38,699 bases of DNA. Source: an uncultured Thermus sp. GTDB taxonomy: Bacteria; Deinococcota; Deinococci; Deinococcales; Thermaceae. Shown here one piece after another: positions 7,438-16,939 of this stretch; position 1 is the first letter of the stretch, and every line of letters begins with the position of its first letter. The translations under genes and the position numbers were made by a program. The notes under the pieces are model-generated. The model did not search any database. It was not told where the DNA came from and worked only from the letters and a program-made list of their open reading frames with translations. The DNA lies in assembly GCA_947085095.1 (NCBI GenBank), contig CAMTVD010000029.1, positions 1 to 38,699 on the forward strand, given 5' to 3'.

Positions 7438-7987
7438 GGGGATAGACCACCACGTGCCGCTCCTCCCCTTCCCCCTGGCTTGCCGTGGTCACCTTGGGGT
7501 GGTTCTTGAGGAGCATGTGCACGATGCGCCTTTCCGAGGGGCGCATGGGCGGCAGGGGCAGGGGCTCTCCCGTGAGCTCCACGGTAAGGGCGGCTTCCTC
7601 CGCCAGCTTGCGGATCTTGTCTTCCTGGCGCTTGCGGTAACCGGCGGCGTCCAGGACCACCCGGTAGGCCCCACCAAAGTGCTTGGCCAGGACCACCCCC
7701 GCCAGGTACTCCACCGCCTTCAGGGTCCGCCCCTCCTTGCCGATGAAGCGGCCCAGGTCGCCGCCCTTGACCTCTGCCTTGAGGAGGTTTCCTTCCTGGC
7801 GGACCTCGGCGTGGTGGGCGGGGTCCAGGCGGAGAAGGAGGCCCACCAGGAAGTTCTCTAGCACCTCTTTAGGGCTTTGCGCCCGGGTTTCCTTTCCCGA
7901 CTCTTTAAGCTCCACCTCCACCGGGGCCTCTTCCAGCACCCCCAGGTCGGAGAGAAGATCGTCAATGCTCTTCTTCTTCTCGTCCAT
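7400..7987 (-). CDS. khpB: Jag/KhpB RNA-binding protein (KH + R3H)
   Basis: KH GxxG motif (IGKEGRTL) and R3H motif (ERRIVH); located downstream of yidC. Confidence 0.88.
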   Translation of the reverse strand: MDEKKKSIDDLLSDLGVLEEAPVEVELKESGKETRAQSPKEVLENFLVGLLLRLDPAHHAEVRQEGNLLKAEVKGGDLGRFIGKEGRTLKAVEYLAGVVLAKHFGGAYRVVLDAAGYRKRQEDKIRKLAEEAALTVELTGEPLPLPPMRPSERRIVHMLLKNHPKVTTASQGEGEERHVVVYPRDKAPPGTGEEA

Positions 7988-7996
7988 GGCCTAAGT

Positions 7997-9289
7997 TTAC
8001 GCCGCCAGGGGCTTCAGGCTTTTGTTGATGAGCCACTGCTGCACCAGCCCGATGAGGTTGGAGAGGACCCAGTAAAGGGTAACCCCGGAGGGGAACTGCA
8101 AGACCAGGAAGATGAAGATCAGGTTCATGAAAAGGCTTTGCCGGATGAGGTCCTTGTTGCCGTGGGCGGAGAGCCAGGTGGAGAGGAAGGTGGAGACCAC
8201 GTAGAGCAGGGGAAGGATGTAGAAGGGGTCGGGCAGGGCCAGGTCGGGAATCCAGAGGAGGCCCTGGCCGAACTCGTAGTTGGCGATCACCTTCCAGAGG
8301 AGGAAGAGGATGGGCATCTGGAGGAAAAGGGGCAGGCACCCCGCCGCCGGGTTCACCTTGTGCTCCTGGTAGAGCTTCATGGTGGCCTCGGCCCGCTTGT
8401 TGGGGTCGTCCTTGTACTTCTCGTTGATCTTCTGGACGAGGGGCTGGAGGCGCTGCATCTCCGCTATGCTCTTGAACTGCTGGTGCATGAGGGGCCAGAG
8501 GAGGAGGCGCACCACCAGGGTGAGGAAGAGAATGGCGAGCCCCCAGCTTCCCGTGTAGCGGAAGGCGGTCTCCATGATCCAAAGAAGGCCCAGGGAAAGC
8601 TGGCCCCAGATGTTGGGGGAGAAGAGGCCGGAAAGGGCGAGGAGGCCTTCCACGTGGAAGCGCACCAGCTCGTTCTGCCCCCCGTAGACCTTGACCTCCT
8701 GGCCCGGGGGTAGCCGGACCTCGCCTTCCTTCCCGATCAGCTTGCCCTCGAGGGGCCCTCCTCCGAAGGCCACCAGGGCATAGCCTGCTTTGGGCCGGGT
8801 CTGCCAGGCCAGGTAGCGGAACCGGCCCTCCCCGCTGGGGAGGGGCTCCCCTTGGCCCTCCAGGAGGACCCGGGGAGCCCCTTGGGCGGAAAGCCTTAGG
8901 GTAAGGGGGAAGTCCGCCCGGACCCCCACGGTGTACCGTCCCTTGGCGATCTCGTAGGTGAGGGTGCCCTCTGGCCCCTGGAAGCGGGCGAGGAGGCGGC
9001 CATCCTCCACCTGGAACTCGGCCTTGTCCGGGATGAAGCCCACCGGCCTCACCACGGGGTCGCCCGCGGACAGGTTGGGGGCCTTGGTGTAGTCGCCGAT
9101 GGCGGTGCCCTTGTAGGTCTTGACGTACCAGCCCACCACCTCGCCCTTGGCGTTGAAGGCCAGGTCCATGAGGTTGGTGACGGCCACCTTTTCCGGAACC
9201 CCGTCCCCGTTCACGTCCTGGTCTTTGAAGCCCGCCTCGAGGGCCAGGGCAGGCAGGGCGAGGAGCAAGAACGCCCAGAGCCGCCTCAT
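7997..9289 (-). CDS. yidC: Membrane protein insertase YidC
   Basis: [48 protein letters not shown] at 9289. Confidence 0.93.
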   Translation of the reverse strand: MRRLWAFLLLALPALALEAGFKDQDVNGDGVPEKVAVTNLMDLAFNAKGEVVGWYVKTYKGTAIGDYTKAPNLSAGDPVVRPVGFIPDKAEFQVEDGRLLARFQGPEGTLTYEIAKGRYTVGVRADFPLTLRLSAQGAPRVLLEGQGEPLPSGEGRFRYLAWQTRPKAGYALVAFGGGPLEGKLIGKEGEVRLPPGQEVKVYGGQNELVRFHVEGLLALSGLFSPNIWGQLSLGLLWIMETAFRYTGSWGLAILFLTLVVRLLLWPLMHQQFKSIAEMQRLQPLVQKINEKYKDDPNKRAEATMKLYQEHKVNPAAGCLPLFLQMPILFLLWKVIANYEFGQGLLWIPDLALPDPFYILPLLYVVSTFLSTWLSAHGNKDLIRQSLFMNLIFIFLVLQFPSGVTLYWVLSNLIGLVQQWLINKSLKPLAA

Positions 9290-9534
9290 CGCAGGCCCTC
9301 CTTTGCCCTCCTGGGCGGGAAGACCAGGGGAACCGGGTCCACCCCCCCGGGGTGGAGGGGGTGGCACCTTAGGATGCGCCGTGCCGCCAGGTAGCTGCCA
9401 AAGAGGGCCCCGTGCCGTTCCAGGGCCTCGAGGGCGTAGGCGGAGCAGGTGGGGTGGAAGCGGCAGGTCTTGGGCTTAAGGGGAGAGAGGAAACGCCGGT
9501 AGGTTTTCACGAGCAGGATCAAGAGGCCGCGCAC
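9286..9534 (-). CDS. yidD: Membrane protein insertion efficiency factor YidD
   Basis: [35 protein letters not shown] start at 9534. Confidence 0.92.
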   Translation of the reverse strand: MRGLLILLVKTYRRFLSPLKPKTCRFHPTCSAYALEALERHGALFGSYLAARRILRCHPLHPGGVDPVPLVFPPRRAKEGLR

Positions 9535-9539
9535 GCCGC

Positions 9540-10028
9540 CTATTGTATCAGCCCGCTCTTCCTGAGGGCCCGGACCACGTCCTGGAAGAGCTCGGCAAAG
9601 CCCGCCTCCCGGGCCTCGGGGCTGGCCACCAGAAGGAGATGGGCCTTGGGCAGGTGGAGGCGGCGGAGGATCTCCCTGAGCCGCCGCTTTACCTTGTTCC
9701 GCACCACCGCCTTCCCCACCTTCTTGGAGACCACGATGCCCACGCGCACCTCCGGGGCGGGGAGCCACTTCACGCTCACAAACCGGCCCCGGCCCGCCCG
9801 CCCCTTGCGCAGGCGCTGGAAGGCCCGGTCCCCTTTGAGGGAAAGGAGTTGGCCCCCCGGGGCGGGGGGCTTCTCGCCTAGGCGTTTACCTGGGGCGTGA
9901 GCCGCCAGCGGCCCTTCTGCCGCCTGCGCTTCAGCGCCTTCCTGCCGCCTGGGGTCTTCATGCGGGCCCGGAAGCCGTGGGTCTTGGCCCGCTTTCTCCG
10001 GTTGGGCTGCCACGTCCTTTTCATCCAT
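9540..10028 (-). CDS. rnpA: RNase P protein, N-terminally extended form overlapping rpmH
   Basis: RNR motif ([20 protein letters not shown]). The frame is open back to the ATG 4 nt upstream of the rpmH ATG (ATGGATG). Confidence 0.9.
   Translation of the reverse strand: MDEKDVAAQPEKAGQDPRLPGPHEDPRRQEGAEAQAAEGPLAAHAPGKRLGEKPPAPGGQLLSLKGDRAFQRLRKGRAGRGRFVSVKWLPAPEVRVGIVVSKKVGKAVVRNKVKRRLREILRRLHLPKAHLLLVASPEAREAGFAELFQDVVRALRKSGLIQ
9878..10024 (-). CDS. rpmH: 50S ribosomal protein L34
   Basis: [22 protein letters not shown]... Confidence 0.97.
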   Translation of the reverse strand: MKRTWQPNRRKRAKTHGFRARMKTPGGRKALKRRRQKGRWRLTPQVNA

Positions 10029-10084
10029 CTCCCTCCCTGGGGCCTCGAGGCCCCGATACCCCAAAGAGTGTAACACAAAAAGGC

Positions 10085-10099
10085 CTGTACCTGGTCTAA
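10085..10099. promoter_or_regulatory. Putative FadR (TetR-family) operator
   Basis: CTGTACCTGGTCTAA fits 14/15 positions of the T. thermophilus FadR consensus as I recall it (TTRNACYNRGTNYAA). It lies upstream of an acyl-CoA ligase operon. Confidence 0.5.
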
Positions 10100-10127
10100 C
10101 GGTTTTTTACACCCGGGTGGCATAACG

Positions 10128-10156
10128 TTGACAAACCCTCCCCGACCCCTTATACT
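10128..10156 (+). promoter_or_regulatory. Sigma-A promoter of the ABC operon
   Basis: TTGACA (10128-10133), 17 nt spacer, TATACT (10151-10156). Confidence 0.85.
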
Positions 10157-10187
10157 TCCCGGCAAACAGTTGTTAGGGAGGCGTCCT

Positions 10188-10949
10188 GTGGCCCAGCTAC
10201 TGGTGGAGAACGTGACCCTCACTTTTGGCGGCTTGGCCGCCCTCTCTGCGGTCTCCTTGCGGGTGGAAAAGGGGGAGCTGGTCTCGGTGATCGGCCCCAA
10301 CGGGGCGGGGAAGACGAGCCTTTTAAACTGCATCTCCGGCTTCTACCACCCAAACCGAGGGCGCATCCTCTTTGAGGGGAAGGAGATCACCCGGGCCACC
10401 CCCCACGAGATCACCCAGCGGGGCATCGCCCGGGCCTTCCAGAACATAGAGCTCTTCTCCGGCCTCACCGTTCTGGAAAACCTCATGCTGGCCCGGCACA
10501 CCTACCTCACCTATGGCTTTTTGGCGGCCGGGGTGTTCTACGGCAAGGCCCTGGACAAGGAGGTGGAGAACCGGAAGGCGGTGGAGGAGGTCATTGACTT
10601 TATGGAACTGGAACCCTACCGCAAGGCCCTGGTGGGCAACCTCCCCTACGGGGTCAGGAAGCGGGTGGAGGTGGCCCGGGCCCTGGCCCTCTCCCCTAAG
10701 CTCCTCCTCCTGGACGAGCCCATGGCGGGGATGGCCCTGGAGGAGAAGGAGGACATGGTGCGCTTCGTCCTGGAGATCCGGGCCCGGGGCATCACCGTGG
10801 TCCTCATTGAGCACGACCTGGGGGTGGTGATGGACATCTCCGACCGGGTCTACGTGCTGGATTTCGGCCAGGTCATTGCCGAAGGACCCCCGGAAGAGGT
10901 GGCCAAGAACCGCCGGGTCCAGGAAGCCTACCTGGGGGTGGAAGCGTGA
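10188..10949 (+). CDS. Liv-type ABC transporter ATP-binding protein (LivG-like)
   Basis: [35 protein letters not shown] at 10188 after GGGAGG. Confidence 0.9.
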   Translation: MAQLLVENVTLTFGGLAALSAVSLRVEKGELVSVIGPNGAGKTSLLNCISGFYHPNRGRILFEGKEITRATPHEITQRGIARAFQNIELFSGLTVLENLMLARHTYLTYGFLAAGVFYGKALDKEVENRKAVEEVIDFMELEPYRKALVGNLPYGVRKRVEVARALALSPKLLLLDEPMAGMALEEKEDMVRFVLEIRARGITVVLIEHDLGVVMDISDRVYVLDFGQVIAEGPPEEVAKNRRVQEAYLGVEA

Positions 10950-12880
10950 AGGCCTTACGCCCCTCCTACGAGATGAAGGGCTACACCCTGCCCCAGCTCC
11001 TCAGGCTTCGCGCCCAGGAGGAGGGGGACCGGGTGGCCCTCCGGGAAAAGGACCTGGGCATCTGGAACGAGATCACCTACGCCCAGTACTACGAGCAGGT
11101 GCTCCTCTTCGCCCACGGGCTTCTCTCCTTGGGCTTTGCTCCCGGGGAGAGGCTCGCCATCATCGCCGACAACATCCCCGAGTGGCTGTACGCCGAGCTG
11201 GGCACCCAGGCGGTCCGGGGGATCAGCGTGGGGGTCTATCAGAGCAGCCTCCCCGCCGAGATCGCCTACATGCTGACCTACACCGGGGCCAGCTTCGTCC
11301 TGGCCGAGGACCAGGAGCAGGTGGACAAGCTCTACGAGATCCGGAACGAGATCCCCCACGTGCGCCACGTGATCTACGAGGACGAGAAGGGCATGCGGGG
11401 CTACCGGGACCCCTGGCTCCTTTCCTTTGCCGAGGTCTTGGAGCGGGGCCAAAAGCACCGGCGAGAGCACCCGGAAGCGGTGGAGAAGCTTCTCCTCTCG
11501 GCGAGCCCGGAGGAGGTCTGCCACCTCTCCTCCACCTCGGGCACCACGGGGCGGCCCAAGGCGGCCATGCTTCGCCACCGCAACCTGATCCACATGGGGG
11601 TGGCCCTGCAGGAGGTGGACCCCCTTCTCCCCACGGACGACTACCTCTCCTTCCTGCCCCTGGCCTGGATCGGGGAGCAGATGATGTCCGTGGCCGTGGC
11701 CCTCACCGGGGGCTTTGCTGTGAACTTCCCCGAGGCGGTGGAGACCGCCATGCAGGACCTGAAGGAGATCGGCCCCCACGTGATGTTCAGCCCCCCGAGG
11801 GTCTGGGAGAGCATCCAGAGCCAAATCTGGGTGCGGATGTCGGAAAGCTACGCCTTCAACCGCTTCGTCTATGAGAAGCTCCTAAAGGTGGGCTACCGGG
11901 CGGCGGAGTACCGCATGCGGGGAAGGCCCATGCCCTTGGGCCTGCGCCTCGCCTACTGGCTGGCGGACCAGGTCCTCTTCAAGCCCCTCAGGGACCAGCT
12001 GGGTTTCCTGCGCCTGCGGCGGGCCTACACCGGGGGGGCGGCCTTGGGGCCCGATGTCTTCCGCTTCTTCCACGCCATCGGGGTCAACCTCAAGCAGATC
12101 TACGGCCAGACGGAGATCATCGGCATCGCCTTCGTCCACCGGGACGGGGATGTCCGTTACGACACCGTGGGCAAGCCCATCCCCGGCACCGAGGTTCGGG
12201 TCAGCGAGGAGGGGGAGATCCTCTGCCGCTCCGATGCCGTCTGCGCCGGATACTGGCAAAGACCCGAGGCCACGGCGGAAACCTTCCGCGAGGGCTGGCT
12301 CCACACGGGGGATGCCGGCTACCTCACGGAGGACGGCCACCTGGTGGTCATAGACCGGCTTTCCGATGTGATGCGCACCGAGAGGGGCACCGTCTTCAGC
12401 CCCCAGTTCGTGGAGAACAAGCTCAAGTTTTCTCCCTACATCAAGGAGGCCGTGGTCTTCGGTGACCGGAAGCCTTATCTGGCCGCCTTTATCAACATTG
12501 ATCCCCAGACCGTGGGCAAGTGGGCCGAGGACCGGGGCCTGGCCTACACCACCTATCTGGACCTCTCCCTGAAGCCCGAGGTGGCGGGGCTCATCCGTAA
12601 GGAGGTGGAAAGGGTGAACGCCGAGCTGCCCGAGGAGCTTAGGATTCAACGCTTCGTCCTCCTCTACAAGCTTCTGGATGCGGACGACGATGAGCTCACC
12701 CGTACGGGCAAGGTGCGCCGGGGCCTGATCGCCAAGAAGTACGCCCCCCTGGTGGAGGCCCTCTACTCCGGAGCTCAGGAGGTGGAGGTGGAGGCGGAGT
12801 ATCGCTACCAGGACGGCAGCGTCCAGCGGGTGCGGGCCAAGGTTCCGGTTTTGGATGTGGCCGCGGGGGTGCTCGTATGA
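10946..12880 (+). CDS. Long-chain-fatty-acid--CoA ligase-like AMP-forming enzyme
   Basis: TSGTTGRPK, SFLPLAW, YGQTE, GWLHTGD and ELTRTGKVRR motifs of FACL/ACSBG-type ANL enzymes. Confidence 0.9.
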   Translation: MKALRPSYEMKGYTLPQLLRLRAQEEGDRVALREKDLGIWNEITYAQYYEQVLLFAHGLLSLGFAPGERLAIIADNIPEWLYAELGTQAVRGISVGVYQSSLPAEIAYMLTYTGASFVLAEDQEQVDKLYEIRNEIPHVRHVIYEDEKGMRGYRDPWLLSFAEVLERGQKHRREHPEAVEKLLLSASPEEVCHLSSTSGTTGRPKAAMLRHRNLIHMGVALQEVDPLLPTDDYLSFLPLAWIGEQMMSVAVALTGGFAVNFPEAVETAMQDLKEIGPHVMFSPPRVWESIQSQIWVRMSESYAFNRFVYEKLLKVGYRAAEYRMRGRPMPLGLRLAYWLADQVLFKPLRDQLGFLRLRRAYTGGAALGPDVFRFFHAIGVNLKQIYGQTEIIGIAFVHRDGDVRYDTVGKPIPGTEVRVSEEGEILCRSDAVCAGYWQRPEATAETFREGWLHTGDAGYLTEDGHLVVIDRLSDVMRTERGTVFSPQFVENKLKFSPYIKEAVVFGDRKPYLAAFINIDPQTVGKWAEDRGLAYTTYLDLSLKPEVAGLIRKEVERVNAELPEELRIQRFVLLYKLLDADDDELTRTGKVRRGLIAKKYAPLVEALYSGAQEVEVEAEYRYQDGSVQRVRAKVPVLDVAAGVLV

Positions 12881-13770
12881 GCTTCCTGGTGGAGCTTTTG
12901 GTGTCCGGCGTGGTCCTGGGGCTGATCTACGCCCTGGTGGCCCTGGGGTTTGTCCTCATCTACAAGGCCAGCCGGGTGGTGAACTTCGCCCAGGGGGAGC
13001 TCCTGGCCATTGGGGCCTTCGCCGCCCACTTCTTCCTGGTTACCCTCAAGCTTCCCTTCCTTCTGGCCCTCCCCCTGGCCTTGGGCTTCACTGCCGTGGT
13101 GGGCTACACCTTGGAACGCGTCTTCCTGAAAAGGCTGGTGGGCCAGCCCATCATCTCCGTGATCATGGCCACCATCGGCCTGGCCTTCTTCCTGGACGGG
13201 GTCCTCCACCTCACCCCTTACGGGGCGGGGAGCTACGGCTACCCCTCCTTCCTCCCCGAGGGCGGGGTGACCCTGCTGGGGGCCCGGATCTCCTACGCCC
13301 AGCTCCTGGCCTTGGGGCTCACCCTGGCCCTGATCCTGGCCTTCGGCTGGTTTTTCCAGCGCTCCACCCTGGGCGTCGCCATGCGGAGCGTGGCCGACGA
13401 CCAGATGGCCGCCATGAGCCTGGGGGTGTCCGTGGCCAAGGTCTTCGCCCTGGCCTGGGCCGCCGCTGGCCTCACTGCGGCTGCGGGGGGGGTGATGGTG
13501 GGTACCATTTCCGGCCTCAACTTTGACGGCTTGGTGCACATTGGCCTCAGGGTCTTTCCCGTGGTGATCCTGGGGGGGCTGGACTCCATCCCGGGGGCGG
13601 TGGTGGCGGGCATCCTGATCGGGGTCTTGGAGAACCTGGCCGCGGGCTTCCTGGACCCCTTGGTGCCTGGCGGCGGTACCCGGGATGTCTTCCCCTTCTT
13701 GGTCCTCCTTCTCGTCCTCTGGTTCAAGCCCCATGGCCTTTTCGGCACGGAGGAGATTGAGCGCGTATGA
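12877..13770 (+). CDS. ABC permease (LivH-like)
   Basis: YALVALGFVLIY..VVNFAQGE, LGVAMRSVA, VILGGLDS. Confidence 0.9.
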   Translation: MSFLVELLVSGVVLGLIYALVALGFVLIYKASRVVNFAQGELLAIGAFAAHFFLVTLKLPFLLALPLALGFTAVVGYTLERVFLKRLVGQPIISVIMATIGLAFFLDGVLHLTPYGAGSYGYPSFLPEGGVTLLGARISYAQLLALGLTLALILAFGWFFQRSTLGVAMRSVADDQMAAMSLGVSVAKVFALAWAAAGLTAAAGGVMVGTISGLNFDGLVHIGLRVFPVVILGGLDSIPGAVVAGILIGVLENLAAGFLDPLVPGGGTRDVFPFLVLLLVLWFKPHGLFGTEEIERV

Positions 13771-14834
13771 GGAACCCTTGGGCGCAGACCGGCAACTACC
13801 GCACCAGCTACCGACAGGACACCAGCATCTTCGCCACCCACCGGGAACTCGTCTCCCTCCTCCTTTTCCTGGGCTTTCTCCTCCTGCTCCCCCAGTTCCT
13901 CTCCCGGACCCAGGTCTTTATCCTGGACCTGATCCTGGTGTACAGCGTGGCGGTGCTGGGGCTCAACATCACCACCGGCTACGCTGGCCTCATCAACATC
14001 GGCCAGGCGGCCTTCATGGGGGTGGGGGCTTACACCGCGGCCCTCCTCGCCCCCCTGGGCCTTCCCTTCTGGCTTTTGATCCCCCTCGGGGGTCTGGTGG
14101 CCGCTTTCTTCGGCTTCCTGGTGGGGATTCCCAGCCTCAGGGTGAAGCACCTCTACCTGGCCCTGGCCACCCTGGCCTTCCAGATCATCTTTGAGTGGAC
14201 CGTGGGCCACTCCCCCCTCCTGAAGCAAGGGGGGGCCATGGACATGCCCCGGGCCAGTTTCCTGGGCTACGAGGCGGGCTTCCGCAACCACTTCCACTTC
14301 TGGTACTACGTCAGCCTGGCCACCCTGGTGGTCCTGGCCCTCTTTTGGCGGAACCTCCTTAGGACCCGGTACGGCCGGGCCCTCATCGCGGTGCGGGACA
14401 ACGACCGGGCCGCGGACGCCATGGGCATGGACCCCGGGCGCACCAAGCTTTTCGCCTTCGCCCTGGGGGCCTTTTACGCCGGGGTGGCGGGGGTGCTCTA
14501 CGCCTACCTCTCCCGGGCCGTGGTCATAGAGGACTACGTCTTCGCCCACTCGGTGAAGTACCTGGCCATGGCCATCGTGGGGGGGTTGGGCACTTTGGTG
14601 GGAAGCTTCCTGGGGACGGGCTTCCTGGTCCTTCTGGACGTGAACATGGAGGCGCTTTCCAACTTCATCAAGGGCTTGGGTTTCAGCGTGGCCGGGGTGG
14701 ACGTGGCCAGCGCCCTCCGGCCCCTGGTCTTCGGCCTCGTGATCCTGCTCTTCCTCATGTTTGAGCCTCGAGGCCTCTACAACTGGTGGCGACTGGTGCG
14801 GAGCTTCTTCCGCACCTGGCCGTTCAAGTACTAA
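13767..14834 (+). CDS. ABC permease (LivM-like)
   Basis: GLNITTGYAGLINIGQAAF, YLALATLAF, GRALIAVRDN. Confidence 0.9.
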   Translation: MRNPWAQTGNYRTSYRQDTSIFATHRELVSLLLFLGFLLLLPQFLSRTQVFILDLILVYSVAVLGLNITTGYAGLINIGQAAFMGVGAYTAALLAPLGLPFWLLIPLGGLVAAFFGFLVGIPSLRVKHLYLALATLAFQIIFEWTVGHSPLLKQGGAMDMPRASFLGYEAGFRNHFHFWYYVSLATLVVLALFWRNLLRTRYGRALIAVRDNDRAADAMGMDPGRTKLFAFALGAFYAGVAGVLYAYLSRAVVIEDYVFAHSVKYLAMAIVGGLGTLVGSFLGTGFLVLLDVNMEALSNFIKGLGFSVAGVDVASALRPLVFGLVILLFLMFEPRGLYNWWRLVRSFFRTWPFKY

Positions 14835-14847
14835 GGGAGGGATAGGT

Positions 14848-16044
14848 ATGCGGAAGGCGATCTTAGGCGTTCTGGCGGCGATGGGGTTGGCCTTGGGCCA
14901 ACAGCAGGTGACCCTCTTCTGGTCGGGGGCCATCACCGGCCCCACCTCGGAGACGGGGGCCCCTTATGGGGCGGGGATTGAGGACTACTGCCGGCACATG
15001 GCCCGGTCCATCCCTGGGGTGGTGCTGAACTGCGTGGTGCGGGACGACCGCTACGACAACGCCACCACCCAGCGCCTCTTTGAGGAGGCGGTGGACCGGT
15101 TCAAGATCCCCATCTACCTGGGGTACTCCACGGGGGCCATGCTCCAGATGAAGGCCCTCATCCAGGAGCTCAAGATCGTCACCATGCCCGCTTCCAACCA
15201 CGTGGGCCTCATAGACCCCCCCAACGGGGACTACTTCTTCATCCCCGTCTCCACCTACTCCGAGCAGGTGGTGGCCCTTCTGGAGTACATCGCCAAGCTG
15301 AAGAAGGGGGCTAGGGTGGCCCTAGTGGTCCACCCCTCCCCCTTCGGTCGGGCCCCGGTGGAGGCGGCCCGCAAGGCGGCTAGGGAGCTGGGCCTGCAGA
15401 TCGTGGACGTGCAGGAGGTGGGGGGTGGCAACCTGGACAACACCGCCCTCCTCCGCCGCTTTGAGGCGGCCGGGGTGGAGTTCGTGGTGCACCAGAACGT
15501 GGCGGGGCCGGTGGCCAACATCCTCAAGGACACCCGCAGGCTGGGGCTTTCCGGCAAGATGCGCCACCTGGGGGCGGTCTACACCGGCGGGATAGACCTC
15601 CTGCAGCTGGCGGGGGAGGCGGCGGAAGGGTTCCTCTGGGCCAGCCCCTACTTCACCCCCGAGGAGGACACCCCGGGCATCCGCCTGCAGAAGGAGCTGG
15701 TCTCCCGCTTTGGCCGGCCCGCGGCCTACGCCCAGAACCACAACTACACCGCGGGGATGCTGGCGGCGGCCATCGCCGTGGAGGCCATGCGGCGGGCCCA
15801 GGAGCGCTTCAAGCGGGTGAACAACGAGACCGTTTACCAGGCCATCGTGGGGATGAACGGGCCGGCCGCCTACAAGCCCGGCCTGGCGGTCTCCACCAAG
15901 CTGGGCATTGAGATTGACTTCACCCGAAGCGAGCGCACCGGGGCGGAGGGGCTCAGGATCCTCGAGGCCAAGGGGGGCCGCTTCGTGCCCGTCACCGAAC
16001 CCTTCACCTCCCTCCTCTTCCGCCGGGTGCACTACGGACAGTAG
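14848..16044 (+). CDS. ABC substrate-binding protein (LivJ/PBP1 family)
   Basis: Signal peptide MRKAILGVLAAMGLALG, ITGPTS and RDDRYD. ATG at 14848 after a GGGAGG SD. Confidence 0.88.
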   Translation: MRKAILGVLAAMGLALGQQQVTLFWSGAITGPTSETGAPYGAGIEDYCRHMARSIPGVVLNCVVRDDRYDNATTQRLFEEAVDRFKIPIYLGYSTGAMLQMKALIQELKIVTMPASNHVGLIDPPNGDYFFIPVSTYSEQVVALLEYIAKLKKGARVALVVHPSPFGRAPVEAARKAARELGLQIVDVQEVGGGNLDNTALLRRFEAAGVEFVVHQNVAGPVANILKDTRRLGLSGKMRHLGAVYTGGIDLLQLAGEAAEGFLWASPYFTPEEDTPGIRLQKELVSRFGRPAAYAQNHNYTAGMLAAAIAVEAMRRAQERFKRVNNETVYQAIVGMNGPAAYKPGLAVSTKLGIEIDFTRSERTGAEGLRILEAKGGRFVPVTEPFTSLLFRRVHYGQ

Positions 16045-16050
16045 CCGACG

Positions 16051-16089
16051 AGGGGGGCTTGGGGCCTGGCGCCTCGAGCCCCCCTTTTT
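16051..16089 (+). terminator. Hairpin + U-tract between the SBP gene and the last ATPase gene
   Basis: AGGGGGGCTTGGGGC...GCCTCGAGCCCCCCT followed by T-run. Confidence 0.65.
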
Positions 16090-16101
16090 GGAGGCCAAGA
16101 C

Positions 16102-16935
16102 ATGGATACCCTAAACCCTACCCGCCCCGAGGACCTGGGGCCCATCCTCCTCCTGGTCAACAACATTGAGGTGGTCTACCACGACATCATCCAGGTGTTG
16201 CGAGGGGTCTCCCTCAAGGTGCCGGAAGGGCGCATCACCGCCCTCCTGGGCCCCAACGGGGCGGGGAAGACCACCACGCTCAGGGCCATCTCCGGCCTCC
16301 TCATCCCCGAGGACGGGGAGGTGGTGCGGGGCGAGATCCTCTACCGAGGGGAGCCCATCCACAACCGACCCCCGGAGGAGATCGTCAAGAAGGGCATCGT
16401 GCAAGTATTGGAGGGCCGGCGGGTCTTCAAGCACCTCACGGTGGAGGAGAACCTCCTGGTGGGCACCCTGACCCGGCGGGGAATGAATCTCAAGGAGGAG
16501 CTGGAGCGCATCTACCACTACTTCCCCCGGCTCGCCGATCTCCGGCACCGCCTGGCGGGGTACTGCTCCGGGGGGGAGCAGCAGATGCTGGCCATTGGCC
16601 GGGCCCTCTTGGCCAAGCCCAAGCTTCTCCTTCTGGACGAGCCTTCCCTGGGCCTTGCCCCCCTTTTGGTGCGGGAGATCTTTGACATCGTGGCCCGGGT
16701 GAACGCCGAGGAGGGGGTCACGGTCCTGGTGGTGGAGCAGAACGCCCGGGTGGCCCTCTCCGTGGCCCACTACGGCTACATCATGGAGACGGGGCGGATC
16801 GTCCTGGAAGGGGACCAGGACTACCTCCTGGAGAACCCCGACGTGCAGGAGTTCTACCTGGGGGTGGCCAAGGGGGGTGGCCGCAAGAGCTTCAGGGAGG
16901 TCAAGGCCTACAAGCGCCGCAAGCGCTTCATGTGA
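16102..16935 (+). CDS. Liv-type ABC ATP-binding protein (LivF-like)
   Basis: [44 protein letters not shown]. Confidence 0.92.
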   Translation: MDTLNPTRPEDLGPILLLVNNIEVVYHDIIQVLRGVSLKVPEGRITALLGPNGAGKTTTLRAISGLLIPEDGEVVRGEILYRGEPIHNRPPEEIVKKGIVQVLEGRRVFKHLTVEENLLVGTLTRRGMNLKEELERIYHYFPRLADLRHRLAGYCSGGEQQMLAIGRALLAKPKLLLLDEPSLGLAPLLVREIFDIVARVNAEEGVTVLVVEQNARVALSVAHYGYIMETGRIVLEGDQDYLLENPDVQEFYLGVAKGGGRKSFREVKAYKRRKRFM

Positions 16936-16939
16936 AGGT

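Noticed and set aside
7976..7987. KhpB and extended RnpA both begin MDEK
   Set aside because: The RnpA start is constrained by the rpmH frame, so a four-residue match is most likely coincidence.
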